DNA of 64,000 nucleotides from Flavobacteriales bacterium. GTDB lineage: Bacteria > Bacteroidota > Bacteroidia > Flavobacteriales > Flavobacteriaceae. The stretch is from NCBI GenBank assembly GCA_024643405.1, contig JAHENA010000007.1, forward strand, positions 1,346 to 65,345. Reading direction: 5' to 3'. The translations under genes were made by a program, and so were the position numbers. Below the pieces are notes generated by a model, which saw nothing but the letters and a program-made list of their open reading frames with translations, ran no database searches and had not been told where the DNA came from. Positions 48,900 to 58,584 of this stretch are shown piece by piece. Numbering within the stretch: position 1 is the first letter of the stretch; the number at the start of each line of letters is the position of its first letter.

Positions 48900-49775
48900 A
48901 TGGTTCAAGAAATAAAGAAAATAGAAGAATCTATAAAAGAAAGTTCCTTTTGGGAAAAACTGAAATTAGTTCTAAATGAACACATAGACTTTAGTCAAGA
49001 TATTAGTATTTCTGTGAAAGATGTTATCATTATTATTACAGTAATCTTTATAACCACGTTAATATTGAGATTGTTTTTAAGAATAATAACCAGAAGATTG
49101 CCTGAAGATGATAAAGCTAAATTTAAAGTCGTATTTGGGTATTTTAGGTGGCTCATTTATTTAGTGATTTTTTTAATTACTTTGGATGCTGTAGGGGTTA
49201 ATGTTACGTCAGTTTTTGCTGCATCTGCGGCCTTATTAATAGGAATAGGTTTAGCACTTCAAACGCTTTTTCAAGACATCATTTCTGGTGTTTTTATATT
49301 AGTAGATCAAACTGTTCATGTAGGAGATATTATTGAGATTGACGGAAAAGTAGGCAGAGTTGAAGAAATAAAATTAAGAACCACAAGAGCCATTACACTT
49401 GATAATCGGGTTCTTGTAATTCCAAATCATTTATATCTTGCAAACAGTTTATTTAATTGGACACAAAATAACCCTAATACCAGAGAGTTTGTTCAAATAG
49501 GTGTAGCTTATGGCAGTGATGTACAGTTAGTGAAAAGGTTGTTAATAGAAGCTGCCAATAATCAATCAGCTGTCATTGAACCTGAAGAAACATCGGTCCT
49601 GTTCTCGGATTTTGGGGATAGCGCTTTAACTTTTAAGGTGGTATTTACTATTGAAGATAGTTTTAATGCCAATGGGGTAAAAAGTGATGTACGTTTTGAA
49701 ATAGATAAGTTGTTTAGAGAAAATAACGTGTCGATACCATTTCCTCAAAGAGATGTTCACCTTATTCAAAAATAA
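48900..49775 (+). CDS. Mechanosensitive ion channel family protein (MscS type)
   Basis: The pore-lining helix region reads AASAALLIGIGLALQTLFQDIISG. The beta domain follows (VGDIIEIDGKVGRVEEIKLRTT). Confidence 0.88.
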   Translation: MVQEIKKIEESIKESSFWEKLKLVLNEHIDFSQDISISVKDVIIIITVIFITTLILRLFLRIITRRLPEDDKAKFKVVFGYFRWLIYLVIFLITLDAVGVNVTSVFAASAALLIGIGLALQTLFQDIISGVFILVDQTVHVGDIIEIDGKVGRVEEIKLRTTRAITLDNRVLVIPNHLYLANSLFNWTQNNPNTREFVQIGVAYGSDVQLVKRLLIEAANNQSAVIEPEETSVLFSDFGDSALTFKVVFTIEDSFNANGVKSDVRFEIDKLFRENNVSIPFPQRDVHLIQK

Positions 49776-49786
49776 AACAAAATAAT

Positions 49787-50950
49787 ATGTCTAAAATTTT
49801 AATAATTGAAGATGAAGCTGCTATTAGACGCGTATTAGTTAAGATTCTGTCAGAGGAAAATGATACGTACCAGGTTGAAGAAGCAGAGGATGGATTAGAA
49901 GGAATTGAAAAAATAAAAAAAGAGGACTATGATTTGGTGCTTTGTGATATTAAAATGCCAAAAATGGATGGTGTTGAAGTTTTAGAAGCTGCAAAAAAAA
50001 TTAAACCAGAAATTCCAATTGTCATGATTTCTGGTCATGGTGATTTAGATACGGCTGTAAATACAATGCGAATGGGTGCTTTTGATTATATTTCAAAACC
50101 CCCCGATTTAAATAGATTGCTTAATACCGTTAGAAATGCTTTAGACCGAAAAGAACTGGTTGTTGAAAATAAATTGTTAAAAAAGAAAGTTAGCAAGAAT
50201 TTCGAGATGATTGGAGAAAGTAAGGCTATTTCACATATTAAGGATATTATTGAAAAAGTAGCGCAAACAGACGCTCGTGTTTTGATAACTGGCTCAAATG
50301 GAACAGGTAAAGAACTCGTAGCACATTGGTTACATCAAAAAAGTGAGCGTGCAAATGGCCCAATGGTTGAAGTGAATTGTGCGGCTATCCCAAGTGAGCT
50401 CATTGAGAGTGAATTGTTTGGTCATGTTAAAGGGGCTTTTACCAGTGCGGTAAAGGACAGAGCAGGTAAGTTTGAAGCTGCTAATCAGGGAACCATTTTC
50501 TTAGATGAAATTGGCGATATGAGTTTGTCAGCACAAGCAAAAGTGTTGAGAGCGCTTCAAGAAAATAGAATTCAGCGTGTCGGCAGTGATAAGGACATTA
50601 AAGTTGATGTAAGAGTTGTTGCGGCTACTAACAAAGATTTAAAAAAGGAAATAGAAAATGGAAGGTTTCGAGAAGATTTATATCACAGACTCGCCGTTAT
50701 TTTAATTCAAGTTCCTTCTTTGAATGAAAGGCGTGAAGATATTCCATTGTTAATTGATCATTTTACAGATAAAATAGCTAATGAACATGGCACTGCAAAA
50801 AAAGTGTTTTCAGATAAAGCTATTAAATTATTACAAGATTATGACTGGACAGGAAATATCAGGGAACTTAGAAATGTTGTAGAGCGTTTAATTATTCTAG
50901 GTGATAAAGAAGTGACTGAAAATGATGTTAAATTGTTTGCTTCAAAATAA
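49787..50950 (+). CDS. Sigma-54-dependent response regulator (receiver plus AAA+ domain, no C-terminal HTH)
   Basis: The receiver has EDE…, LCDIKMP and ISKP. The AAA+ domain has Walker A GSNGTGKE, the GAFTSA loop (a GAFTGA variant) and Walker B FLDEIGD. The protein ends about 25 aa after RELRNVVERL. Confidence 0.88.
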   Translation: MSKILIIEDEAAIRRVLVKILSEENDTYQVEEAEDGLEGIEKIKKEDYDLVLCDIKMPKMDGVEVLEAAKKIKPEIPIVMISGHGDLDTAVNTMRMGAFDYISKPPDLNRLLNTVRNALDRKELVVENKLLKKKVSKNFEMIGESKAISHIKDIIEKVAQTDARVLITGSNGTGKELVAHWLHQKSERANGPMVEVNCAAIPSELIESELFGHVKGAFTSAVKDRAGKFEAANQGTIFLDEIGDMSLSAQAKVLRALQENRIQRVGSDKDIKVDVRVVAATNKDLKKEIENGRFREDLYHRLAVILIQVPSLNERREDIPLLIDHFTDKIANEHGTAKKVFSDKAIKLLQDYDWTGNIRELRNVVERLIILGDKEVTENDVKLFASK

Positions 50951-50966
50951 CAATAAATTAAATTTA

Positions 50967-51004
50967 TGGCAGTCATAGGCCTAAGTTTAAGCCTTTGACT
51001 GCCA
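50967..51004. terminator. Bidirectional hairpin between convergent genes
   Basis: TGGCAGTCA (50967-50975) pairs with TGACTGCCA (50996-51004). An inner AGGC/GCCT pairing is present, and both flanks are T- or A-rich. Confidence 0.6.
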
Positions 51005-51017
51005 TTTTATAGATTTT

Positions 51018-51749
51018 TTAATTATCACAATTATTTAAATAGGATAAATAAGTATTTGTTAATCCTTTTAGATTTTTTAAATAAAGACTTTTAATTTCTT
51101 CTAGGCTTTTTTCCATTAAATTGCTCGAATTTTCATTTGGAATAACAACTTCATCTTTACTGTTATACATTTTTAAAATAGCATTAAAGCTCGTTACATT
51201 TGAAGAAATGGCGCTATTATATTGATTAATCATTTCTTCTTTTTTCAATAAGAGTTCTTTTTCTTTTTGCTCGGCCAATTTTAATTGAATCTCCTTTTCC
51301 TTTTGTTTCAGTAACAATTGCTGTTGCTGTAACTCTTTTTGCTCATCTTGGAGTATAGAAAGACTATTATCACCTTGATTTTCAGACGTGCATTTATCTA
51401 ATTCAATGATACACTCTTTGGCGAGGTCTCTAGCTCGTTTAACATAAAAGCGACCGTCTTCGTAACTTTCTGCTGGATCAACTTTTACTAACAGCTGCAT
51501 AGCATCATAGGCGTGATTGTATGAAACTTCACATCCACATTCTTTTAATTTAGACTCGGCCCGTTTAAAAGCCTCTAATGATTTGAACGCATATTCCTTT
51601 AGATGTGATATATTATTTGCCTCATAAGAGTGTTTTGCGTTTGAATAAGCATAGTTGATTTCAGAATTTGCCTCAGAACAATTGGTCTGACTCTGAAACT
51701 TTAAACATACTAAAAGGGAAAAAAATAGAAAGAAGTAATTTTTTTTCAT
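51018..51749 (-). CDS. Hypothetical secreted protein with Cys-containing N-domain and Q/K/E-rich coiled-coil
   Basis: Signal peptide MKKNYFFLFFSLLVCLKFQSQ and the low-complexity stretch QQQQLLLKQKEKEIQLKLAEQKEKE. No family recognised. Confidence 0.55.
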   Translation of the reverse strand: MKKNYFFLFFSLLVCLKFQSQTNCSEANSEINYAYSNAKHSYEANNISHLKEYAFKSLEAFKRAESKLKECGCEVSYNHAYDAMQLLVKVDPAESYEDGRFYVKRARDLAKECIIELDKCTSENQGDNSLSILQDEQKELQQQQLLLKQKEKEIQLKLAEQKEKELLLKKEEMINQYNSAISSNVTSFNAILKMYNSKDEVVIPNENSSNLMEKSLEEIKSLYLKNLKGLTNTYLSYLNNCDN

Positions 51750-51869
51750 AATTTTTGGGGTTTATTTTTATAAATAGGTATTCAAAAGTATTAAAAACAT
51801 TATAAAGTAATGTGCATTTCATCGAATATATTGTTTTAGTATCTTTAGCAGGAATTAAAAAAAGGATTT

Positions 51870-52748
51870 ATGAAAAATATTTCACCAGAAAAGTTTCAAG
51901 TTTCATCAAAAATTAATTTAAAAGAAGCGTCTACGCGTTTTGATTTAAATGCTTCTGAAAAAAAAATTAATAAAGCAATAGAATCAGTGAGAACGAAACT
52001 AAGTGAGCTTCAGGAAACGATGTATGCTCAAGGTAAATATGGTGTGCTTGTTTGCCTTCAAGGCATGGATACATCAGGAAAAGACAGCTTGATTCGTGAA
52101 GTGTTTAAAGATATTAACGCACAAGGCGTCGTGGTTCATAGTTTTAAGGTGCCAACTGAATTGGAACTAAAACATGACTATTTATGGAGACATTATTTAG
52201 TACTTCCCGAAAGGGGTAAAATTAGTGTGTTTAATAGAACACATTATGAGAATGTTTTAGTGACACGAGTCCATCCAAATTATATTTTATCAGAGAATAT
52301 TCCTTCAGTTAATTCTGTAGAAGATATTAATGAAGCTTTTTGGGATCAACGCTTTGAGCAGATAAATAATTTTGAAAAACATATTGCTCAAAATGGGACG
52401 ATCATTTTTAAATTCTTTTTAAATATTTCTAAAGATGAACAAAAACATAGATTATTAAGAAGGTTAAATAAGCAGGAAAAAAACTGGAAGTTTTCCGCAG
52501 GCGATTTAAAAGAACGGCTGCTTTGGGAAAAGTATCAGGAATGTTATGAAGATGCTTTAAACAGAACCTCAAAACCGCATGCGCCGTGGTATAATATTCC
52601 AGCGGACGATAAATCAACCGCACGTTACATCGTTGCAAAAATTATGTTGGATGTTTTGAGTACTTATTCTGATATTCAAGAACCCGAACTTGATGATGAT
52701 ATGAAAGCAAATTTAGAATTGTATAAGAAGCAATTAGAAAGTGAATAA
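51870..52748 (+). CDS. Polyphosphate kinase 2 (PPK2) family protein
   Basis: The P-loop-like block LQGMDTSGKDS is present. YLWRH…PERG and RTHYE motifs are typical of PPK2. Confidence 0.88.
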   Translation: MKNISPEKFQVSSKINLKEASTRFDLNASEKKINKAIESVRTKLSELQETMYAQGKYGVLVCLQGMDTSGKDSLIREVFKDINAQGVVVHSFKVPTELELKHDYLWRHYLVLPERGKISVFNRTHYENVLVTRVHPNYILSENIPSVNSVEDINEAFWDQRFEQINNFEKHIAQNGTIIFKFFLNISKDEQKHRLLRRLNKQEKNWKFSAGDLKERLLWEKYQECYEDALNRTSKPHAPWYNIPADDKSTARYIVAKIMLDVLSTYSDIQEPELDDDMKANLELYKKQLESE

Positions 52749-52762
52749 AATTCACTTTTTTA
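52739..52762 (+). terminator. Short hairpin terminator overlapping the PPK2 stop codon
   Basis: AAGTGAAT (52739-52746) pairs with ATTCACTT (52750-52757), followed by a T-run. Confidence 0.5.
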
Positions 52763-52821
52763 CCTTTTATTTAACTAATTAAGTATTATTTATAGTCTAC
52801 CTTTAAAACCAAAATCATCCT

Positions 52822-54204
52822 ATGAACATGTTAAAAACCTTCCTATTATCATTCTGTATTTTATGGTCCATTCCTTTTTATTCTCAAAATGACGAGGATG
52901 TGATGAAAGATATATATAACCAATCCCTAACAAATGGAAAAAGCTACGACTGGTTAAATTATTTATCAAATCAAATTGGAAGTAGATTGTCGGGATCTTT
53001 AGGTGCTGAAAAAGCGGTTGCTTGGGGAAAAGAAGAACTTGATAAATTAGGTTTGGATAAAGTCTGGTTGCAACCGGTAATGGTTCCAAAATGGGTTCGT
53101 GGTGCGAAGGAATATGCTTTTATTGAAAGTGATCCTGGTAAAACAACTACAGTTAATATTTGCGCTTTAGGCGGTTCTGTTGCCACACCGGCGTTAGGTA
53201 TTAAAGCCAATATCGTTGAAGTTCATAATTTTGAAGAACTAGCTGCTTTAGGCAAAGAAAATATTGAAGGGAAAATCGTGTTTTTTAACAGGCCCATGCA
53301 AGCTGATTTAATTCATACCCATGAAGCATACGGAGGTTGTGTCAATCAGCGTGGTCAGGGAGCAGTGGAAGCTGCTAAATATGGAGCGGTTGCCGTTGTT
53401 GTGCGTTCCATGAATTTAAGATTAGATGATTTACCCCATACTGGCGCTATGAATTATGGGGATACACCTGCAGAAAAACGCATTCCGGCTGCAGCCATTA
53501 GCACAAACGATGCTGAGTTATTAAGTACCATGTTGAATCTGGATAAAAATATTAAACTCTATATTAAGCAAAATTGTAAGCAACTGAATGATGTGCAGTC
53601 TTATAATGTTATTGGAGAAATAACAGGTAGCGAATTCCCAAAGCAGTATATGGTGGTTGGTGGCCATTTAGATTCATGGGATTTAGGTGATGGCTCACAT
53701 GATGATGGTGCAGGGATTGTGCAATCTATGGAAGTTTTAAGATTATTAAAAGAAACAGGTATTAAGCCAAGACATAGTATTAGAGTGGTTTTATTTATGA
53801 ATGAAGAGAATGGTTTAAGAGGTGGAAGAAAATATGCTGAAGAAGCTAAACAAAAAGGTGAAAACCATGTATTTGCCTTAGAAAGTGATTCAGGAGGTTT
53901 TACACCAAGAGGTTTTTCTTTTGATTGTGATGAAGCTAATTTTAATCAAGTATTAACTTGGCAAACCTTGTTTAAACCGTATTTGATTCATTATTTTGAA
54001 CAGGGCGGAAGTGGTGCTGATATTGGCCCTTTAAAAAATGATAAGATCGTTTTGGCAGGATTGCGTCCAGATTCACAACGTTATTTTGATTACCACCATG
54101 CCAGTAATGATACTTTTGATGCAATTAATAAACGCGAATTAGAGCTTGGAGCAGCCACTATGACTTCACTGATGTATTTAATTGATAAATACGGCGTAAA
54201 ATAA
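52822..54204 (+). CDS. M28 family metallopeptidase (aminopeptidase-like, secreted)
   Basis: Signal peptide plus the metal-binding blocks GGHLDSWDLGDGSHDDGAG and FMNEENG. Confidence 0.88.
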   Translation: MNMLKTFLLSFCILWSIPFYSQNDEDVMKDIYNQSLTNGKSYDWLNYLSNQIGSRLSGSLGAEKAVAWGKEELDKLGLDKVWLQPVMVPKWVRGAKEYAFIESDPGKTTTVNICALGGSVATPALGIKANIVEVHNFEELAALGKENIEGKIVFFNRPMQADLIHTHEAYGGCVNQRGQGAVEAAKYGAVAVVVRSMNLRLDDLPHTGAMNYGDTPAEKRIPAAAISTNDAELLSTMLNLDKNIKLYIKQNCKQLNDVQSYNVIGEITGSEFPKQYMVVGGHLDSWDLGDGSHDDGAGIVQSMEVLRLLKETGIKPRHSIRVVLFMNEENGLRGGRKYAEEAKQKGENHVFALESDSGGFTPRGFSFDCDEANFNQVLTWQTLFKPYLIHYFEQGGSGADIGPLKNDKIVLAGLRPDSQRYFDYHHASNDTFDAINKRELELGAATMTSLMYLIDKYGVK

Positions 54205-54779
54205 TGGGTAGGATATTAATATTGATATGTTTGATAACGTATCAAATACAATCTCAAACAGATATGACATCAAAATTACCTTATTATGAAATCCCAGATT
54301 ACCCGGAAACCTATACTGCAGGAAGCGTTACGGCAAGAATGCTAGATGGTTTGGGCTTCAGATATTATTGGGCAACGGAAGGATTAAATGAAGACGATTT
54401 AAAATATAAACCGGGTGCAGATGCAAGAACCAATGAAGAAACTATTGAGCATATTTTGGGATTGTCAAAAGTGATTGTGAATGCTGCATTAAATAAAGGA
54501 AATGACGGTAATAACGACATGTCTGAAATGACGTTTGCTGAAAAGAGACAACAAACTCTAATAAACATAAAAACCGCCGCAGATATTTTAAGAAATTCTG
54601 AGGATATTTCACAATATAAATTAGTTTTTGGCGAACGTGAATTTCCTTTTTGGAATAATATCAATGGGCCAATCGCCGATGCCTTATGGCATTGCGGACA
54701 AGTGGTTTTGTTAAGACGCGCTTCAGGAAATCCTTATAATTCTAAAGCCAGTGTGTTTACTGGAAAGGTTAGAGAGTAG
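54204..54779 (+). CDS. Hypothetical secreted protein, possibly a DinB-like helical bundle
   Basis: Signal-like N-terminus. The His-containing helices EETIEHILGL and ADALWHCGQVVLLRR resemble the DinB-family HxxxHxGQ tail. This is a weak motif-level call. The start overlaps the M28 stop (TAATG). Confidence 0.4.
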   Translation: MGRILILICLITYQIQSQTDMTSKLPYYEIPDYPETYTAGSVTARMLDGLGFRYYWATEGLNEDDLKYKPGADARTNEETIEHILGLSKVIVNAALNKGNDGNNDMSEMTFAEKRQQTLINIKTAADILRNSEDISQYKLVFGEREFPFWNNINGPIADALWHCGQVVLLRRASGNPYNSKASVFTGKVRE

Positions 54780-54826
54780 CAATGGGTTTTAAACAAATTC
54801 TTTAACATACGCTTGATAGTATCTAT

Positions 54827-54946
54827 CTAGTATTTAGGCTTCTCTTTGTCATTCTTTTTCATTTTTATATAACCGGTTACCAGTCTCACCCCTAATCTTG
54901 CAAATAGAATAATGGCAATTACCATTACAATGTCAAATCCATTCAT
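54827..54946 (-). CDS. Speculative 39-aa single-TM small ORF in a 420-nt spacer
   Basis: My translation: MNGFDIVMVIAIILFARLGVRLVTGYIKMKKNDKEKPKY. It has a hydrophobic core and a basic tail. There is no other support. Confidence 0.2.
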   Translation of the reverse strand: MNGFDIVMVIAIILFARLGVRLVTGYIKMKKNDKEKPKY

Positions 54947-55201
54947 AAATACAATATACCAATTTATTTTGCCAATTATTTTTATAAAAAGTTAATTTTT
55001 TGTCTCCAGTTTGTTCAGTAAAAGATGTATGTATTATTAAGAATTTTATTATACATAATTCGATTCAATCTCTTTTCAATAATTTTTATAAGTTTTTCTG
55101 ATTTTGCTTCATATCTTTAAACATGTTTTTGTGATTGGTAAATTCCATAACTGTCATTACAAAGCCATTTTTTATTTTCGTGTTTTTAAAATTGAATCAA
55201 A

Positions 55202-55951
55202 CTAATCTGTTTTAAGTTCTGAGTTAATAAGTTTTAATATAAGGTTATTCTGTTTTTTTACCTGTTTTAATTCAAATAAAGCATCGTCCATAGATAAATA
55301 GCGCTCTCCTAAATAATCTTCAAATAAAGGATCTCTAAATAGGGATTGATAATCTGAGGCGAATCTACTTTTTCTTAGTTCAACTATATATGTTCTTCTA
55401 AAATCTAGGTTTCTTATATACTTTTCAATTATAGGCCTTGCCGCAATGACCGCTGCCACACATCTTTCTTCATTTTCTCTAGAATCGGTAACAATATCCT
55501 GCCATCCAAAAAGTAAATTAACAAGGGAGTCACTTTTTATTAAATGAATTTCTCCCGATGAAATACCTGATCTCAATGCGCCGTTAATGGGGTTGAAAGT
55601 CCATCTAAAGGATATATTTTGTAACCAATTTGGCATAGAATCACTTGTTATTTCAACGGAATTTTCAGGGTCAATATCCATTAACCTTTTGGTGCCTTCA
55701 AGAACTATCTTGTCAAAATAAAGCACTTTGTCTAATTGGGCTAGATTGGAGGTGAATTCTATCTTAAGTGCGTGGAGAAGTTTTTCTTTTTTTGTATAAC
55801 TTATTCGGTTTTCATTCCAGTTGTTTGCTTGCAAGGCGATTAAAATACCAATAACTACGAGGACAATTTCACCAATGGCATATTTAAGATACTTTGATGT
55901 TTTGCCTTCATTTAGTAAGTTTTGGCGGATGTTGCGGAAGAGTTTAATCAT
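55202..55951 (-). CDS. DUF6090 family protein (N-terminally anchored)
   Basis: The N-terminus FRNIRQNLLNEGKTSKYLKYAIGEIVLVVIGILIALQANNWNE matches the stereotyped start of this Flavobacteriia family, as far as I recall it. Confidence 0.6.
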   Translation of the reverse strand: MIKLFRNIRQNLLNEGKTSKYLKYAIGEIVLVVIGILIALQANNWNENRISYTKKEKLLHALKIEFTSNLAQLDKVLYFDKIVLEGTKRLMDIDPENSVEITSDSMPNWLQNISFRWTFNPINGALRSGISSGEIHLIKSDSLVNLLFGWQDIVTDSRENEERCVAAVIAARPIIEKYIRNLDFRRTYIVELRKSRFASDYQSLFRDPLFEDYLGERYLSMDDALFELKQVKKQNNLILKLINSELKTD

Positions 55952-55956
55952 TATTA

Positions 55957-57378
55957 TTAGTTAAGCCCTACTTTACCTGTTACAGATTCAAAAAGTTTTT
56001 TAGAGTCATACCCAACGCCATCTTTAAAAACAATATCCATATTTCTAATGTTTCTGACATTCGATTCTAAATCACCATCAATTAAAATTAAATCAGCTTT
56101 TTTACCCACTTCAATAGTACCAATGGTTTTTTCTCTTTCAAGAAAAGTAGCACCATTAAGTGTGCATATTTTGATGGCATCTACTAAAGGAAATCCTTCT
56201 TCAACTAAAATTTCTAAGGTCCTTCTATTAGCGTATCCTGCTACCGTTCTGCCGGCTCCTGTTGGATCTGTTCCGGCTATAAGGATACCTCCTTTATCAT
56301 AAAAGCGTTTCACCCAAATTAAGTTTTTGTGAAATAAATCAAAAAAAGCGGCATCCTTATTTACCACTCTGTCATAGGTTCTTTTTACGTCATTAAATAC
56401 TTCGGTAGCAAGAGCCATTTCTCCGCCACCAGGAATAATTTCTCTATCCGTAAAGGGTTCAAAAACATTAGGCGTAGTTGTAATTGCCGTACCATTTTTA
56501 ATAAGTAAATCAATGAGACGATCCACTTTTTCCCCATTCACATCTTCCTTGGCCAATGAATTTCTGGCTTCAAAGGGGTCACACATATCCATTTCTTTGT
56601 TGGAAATAAAATCAGAAGAGGCCATAAAACCATGTTCTAAATTATCAATACCAATGTTGGAAGCTTCTTCATAAGTGAGTGAACATAAATGACCGGTTAC
56701 TTTTAAACCGCGTTTATGAGCTTCTGTTACACATATTTTAAGGTCTTCCTTGGTAATATGATTGTATACTTTAAAGGAAGTTACCCCTTTATCAGCCCAA
56801 TAGTTGACTATTTTAGAGACTTCTGCAGTACCTTCAATAAATCCAAGTTCAGGAATATCAAAACCTTCTCGTTCAATGAAAGGTCCGGTGACGTCCATTT
56901 TTGGCCCGGTCATTTTACCTTCGTTAATCCATTTTTTGACATTTAAATCAGTTTGAGGTTGTATACTGCCACCAGTTCTCATAGTAGTGACACCTCCTGC
57001 TAAATAGAGTCTAGGGAAAGTAAAGGTCATTTGTCCCACACTAAACCAGTTTTCAAATGGTTTGCTGTAAAACAAGTGTTCATGTAGCATCACTAAGCCG
57101 GGAATTACTGTTTTTCCAGTACCATCAATAATTAGACTTTCTGCTGGGATGCTGACATTTGAATTATCTCCTATTTGTTGGATTACGTCATCTTGAAACA
57201 CCAAAGTCTGATTGTATTTTACATTTGCTCCTGTACCATCAATAACCGTTACATTTTTAATAGCAATGAAGCTAGTATCAACGGCAATGAATGCCTTTAC
57301 TTGAGGTGTAAATTCTTGAGCTGTAATTTTTAAAATGAACAGCACTGCAAATATTGAGGTAATTAATAATTTTTTCAT
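55957..57378 (-). CDS. Secreted metal-dependent amidohydrolase family protein
   Basis: Signal peptide, an HxH metal motif (LHEHLF), and the C-terminal block KADLILIDGD typical of the amidohydrolase fold. Confidence 0.82.
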   Translation of the reverse strand: MKKLLITSIFAVLFILKITAQEFTPQVKAFIAVDTSFIAIKNVTVIDGTGANVKYNQTLVFQDDVIQQIGDNSNVSIPAESLIIDGTGKTVIPGLVMLHEHLFYSKPFENWFSVGQMTFTFPRLYLAGGVTTMRTGGSIQPQTDLNVKKWINEGKMTGPKMDVTGPFIEREGFDIPELGFIEGTAEVSKIVNYWADKGVTSFKVYNHITKEDLKICVTEAHKRGLKVTGHLCSLTYEEASNIGIDNLEHGFMASSDFISNKEMDMCDPFEARNSLAKEDVNGEKVDRLIDLLIKNGTAITTTPNVFEPFTDREIIPGGGEMALATEVFNDVKRTYDRVVNKDAAFFDLFHKNLIWVKRFYDKGGILIAGTDPTGAGRTVAGYANRRTLEILVEEGFPLVDAIKICTLNGATFLEREKTIGTIEVGKKADLILIDGDLESNVRNIRNMDIVFKDGVGYDSKKLFESVTGKVGLN

Positions 57379-57393
57379 TCTTTAAATTTTAAT

Positions 57394-58566
57394 TTATAAA
57401 TAACTAAGCCACCATTTATCACGATTATTACTTTTGTAATTCCAATACCATTTACATACCGGATATAAGGCCAGTATTAATAAAAACCATATAGCATATA
57501 CAACCCATAAACTAAAACCATATCCTTTAAGTTCAGGTGTAAGTGTAACAAACAAGTCTATAATCATAAGTTTTGGTGATAGCCCTGAAAGTGCCACAGC
57601 TATTAAAGCCAAAAGATGTATAATATAAACATGAATGATGTAAAAAAACATAGGTACCCGGCCAATAGTTACAACGGCGTTGTATAATTTACCTTTCCAC
57701 GTCTCTGCAAAGGAAAGTAATAAAATGGTGGGACCTAATGTCACTAATAAATACAAAAGTGATGGCGGATATTTAGCAAAATTTATAAATGATAACACCG
57801 TAAAAGCAAAGGATTTTTGTTGTGACCACATAGTTGGGTCACCGTAAACATTAAAGAATCTAATCAAAATAAAGAGTAGAATAGCCGTAACACCTATATA
57901 TCTTAACCATTTTATTCTCAGATTTTGGTTAAAATCCCGTTGATATAATAAACCAAAGTGATAGCCTAAAGGCATGACAAAAATCCATGGAATCAGAGGA
58001 TAGGCACTAAAAACAGTGGTGATAGAAGTTACTATAGGGCCTTGTACATGTAAAAGAATCCAAAGGTTTTTCCATGTTTCAGGCATATAAGCGTCTAACA
58101 TATTATGACCAAAAATTGCTATTAAACTAATGGCAATCATTAATTTTTTTGGCACATGTATAAAGGCTGCTAAAAACACCATAGAAGCACCAAGAGCCCA
58201 AATAACCTGAAACACAATCATTGTATAATTCAAATTGAAATTCCAGCCAAATTTCATAATAGTCACCTCTACTAGTATGAGCCAAAATCCTCTTTTTAAC
58301 AACCAAATACTTAACTCTTTTTTACTGCGTTTTTGTCCGACAAAAAAGGCTGACGTACCAGCTAAAAACACAAAAACGGGTGCGCAATAATGGGTTAAGA
58401 AACGGGTTATAAATAAAGGGACATTTGTTTGGGAAAGATCAGTTGGATCAAAAAAGAAAGCATCATAATGAAAATAATCTCTTACATGATCTAAAGCCAT
58501 AAATATCATGACCATACCTCTAAGTAAATCTATAGAGGCGATGCGATTTGGTATTGTTTGTGACAT
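57394..58566 (-). CDS. DUF1624 / HGSNAT-like transmembrane acyltransferase family protein
   Basis: RIASIDLLRGMVMIFMALDHVRDYF is the family's N-terminal hallmark. It has about 10-11 TM segments. Confidence 0.8.
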   Translation of the reverse strand: MSQTIPNRIASIDLLRGMVMIFMALDHVRDYFHYDAFFFDPTDLSQTNVPLFITRFLTHYCAPVFVFLAGTSAFFVGQKRSKKELSIWLLKRGFWLILVEVTIMKFGWNFNLNYTMIVFQVIWALGASMVFLAAFIHVPKKLMIAISLIAIFGHNMLDAYMPETWKNLWILLHVQGPIVTSITTVFSAYPLIPWIFVMPLGYHFGLLYQRDFNQNLRIKWLRYIGVTAILLFILIRFFNVYGDPTMWSQQKSFAFTVLSFINFAKYPPSLLYLLVTLGPTILLLSFAETWKGKLYNAVVTIGRVPMFFYIIHVYIIHLLALIAVALSGLSPKLMIIDLFVTLTPELKGYGFSLWVVYAIWFLLILALYPVCKWYWNYKSNNRDKWWLSYL

Positions 58567-58584
58567 TCTTTTGAGTTTAAATAA

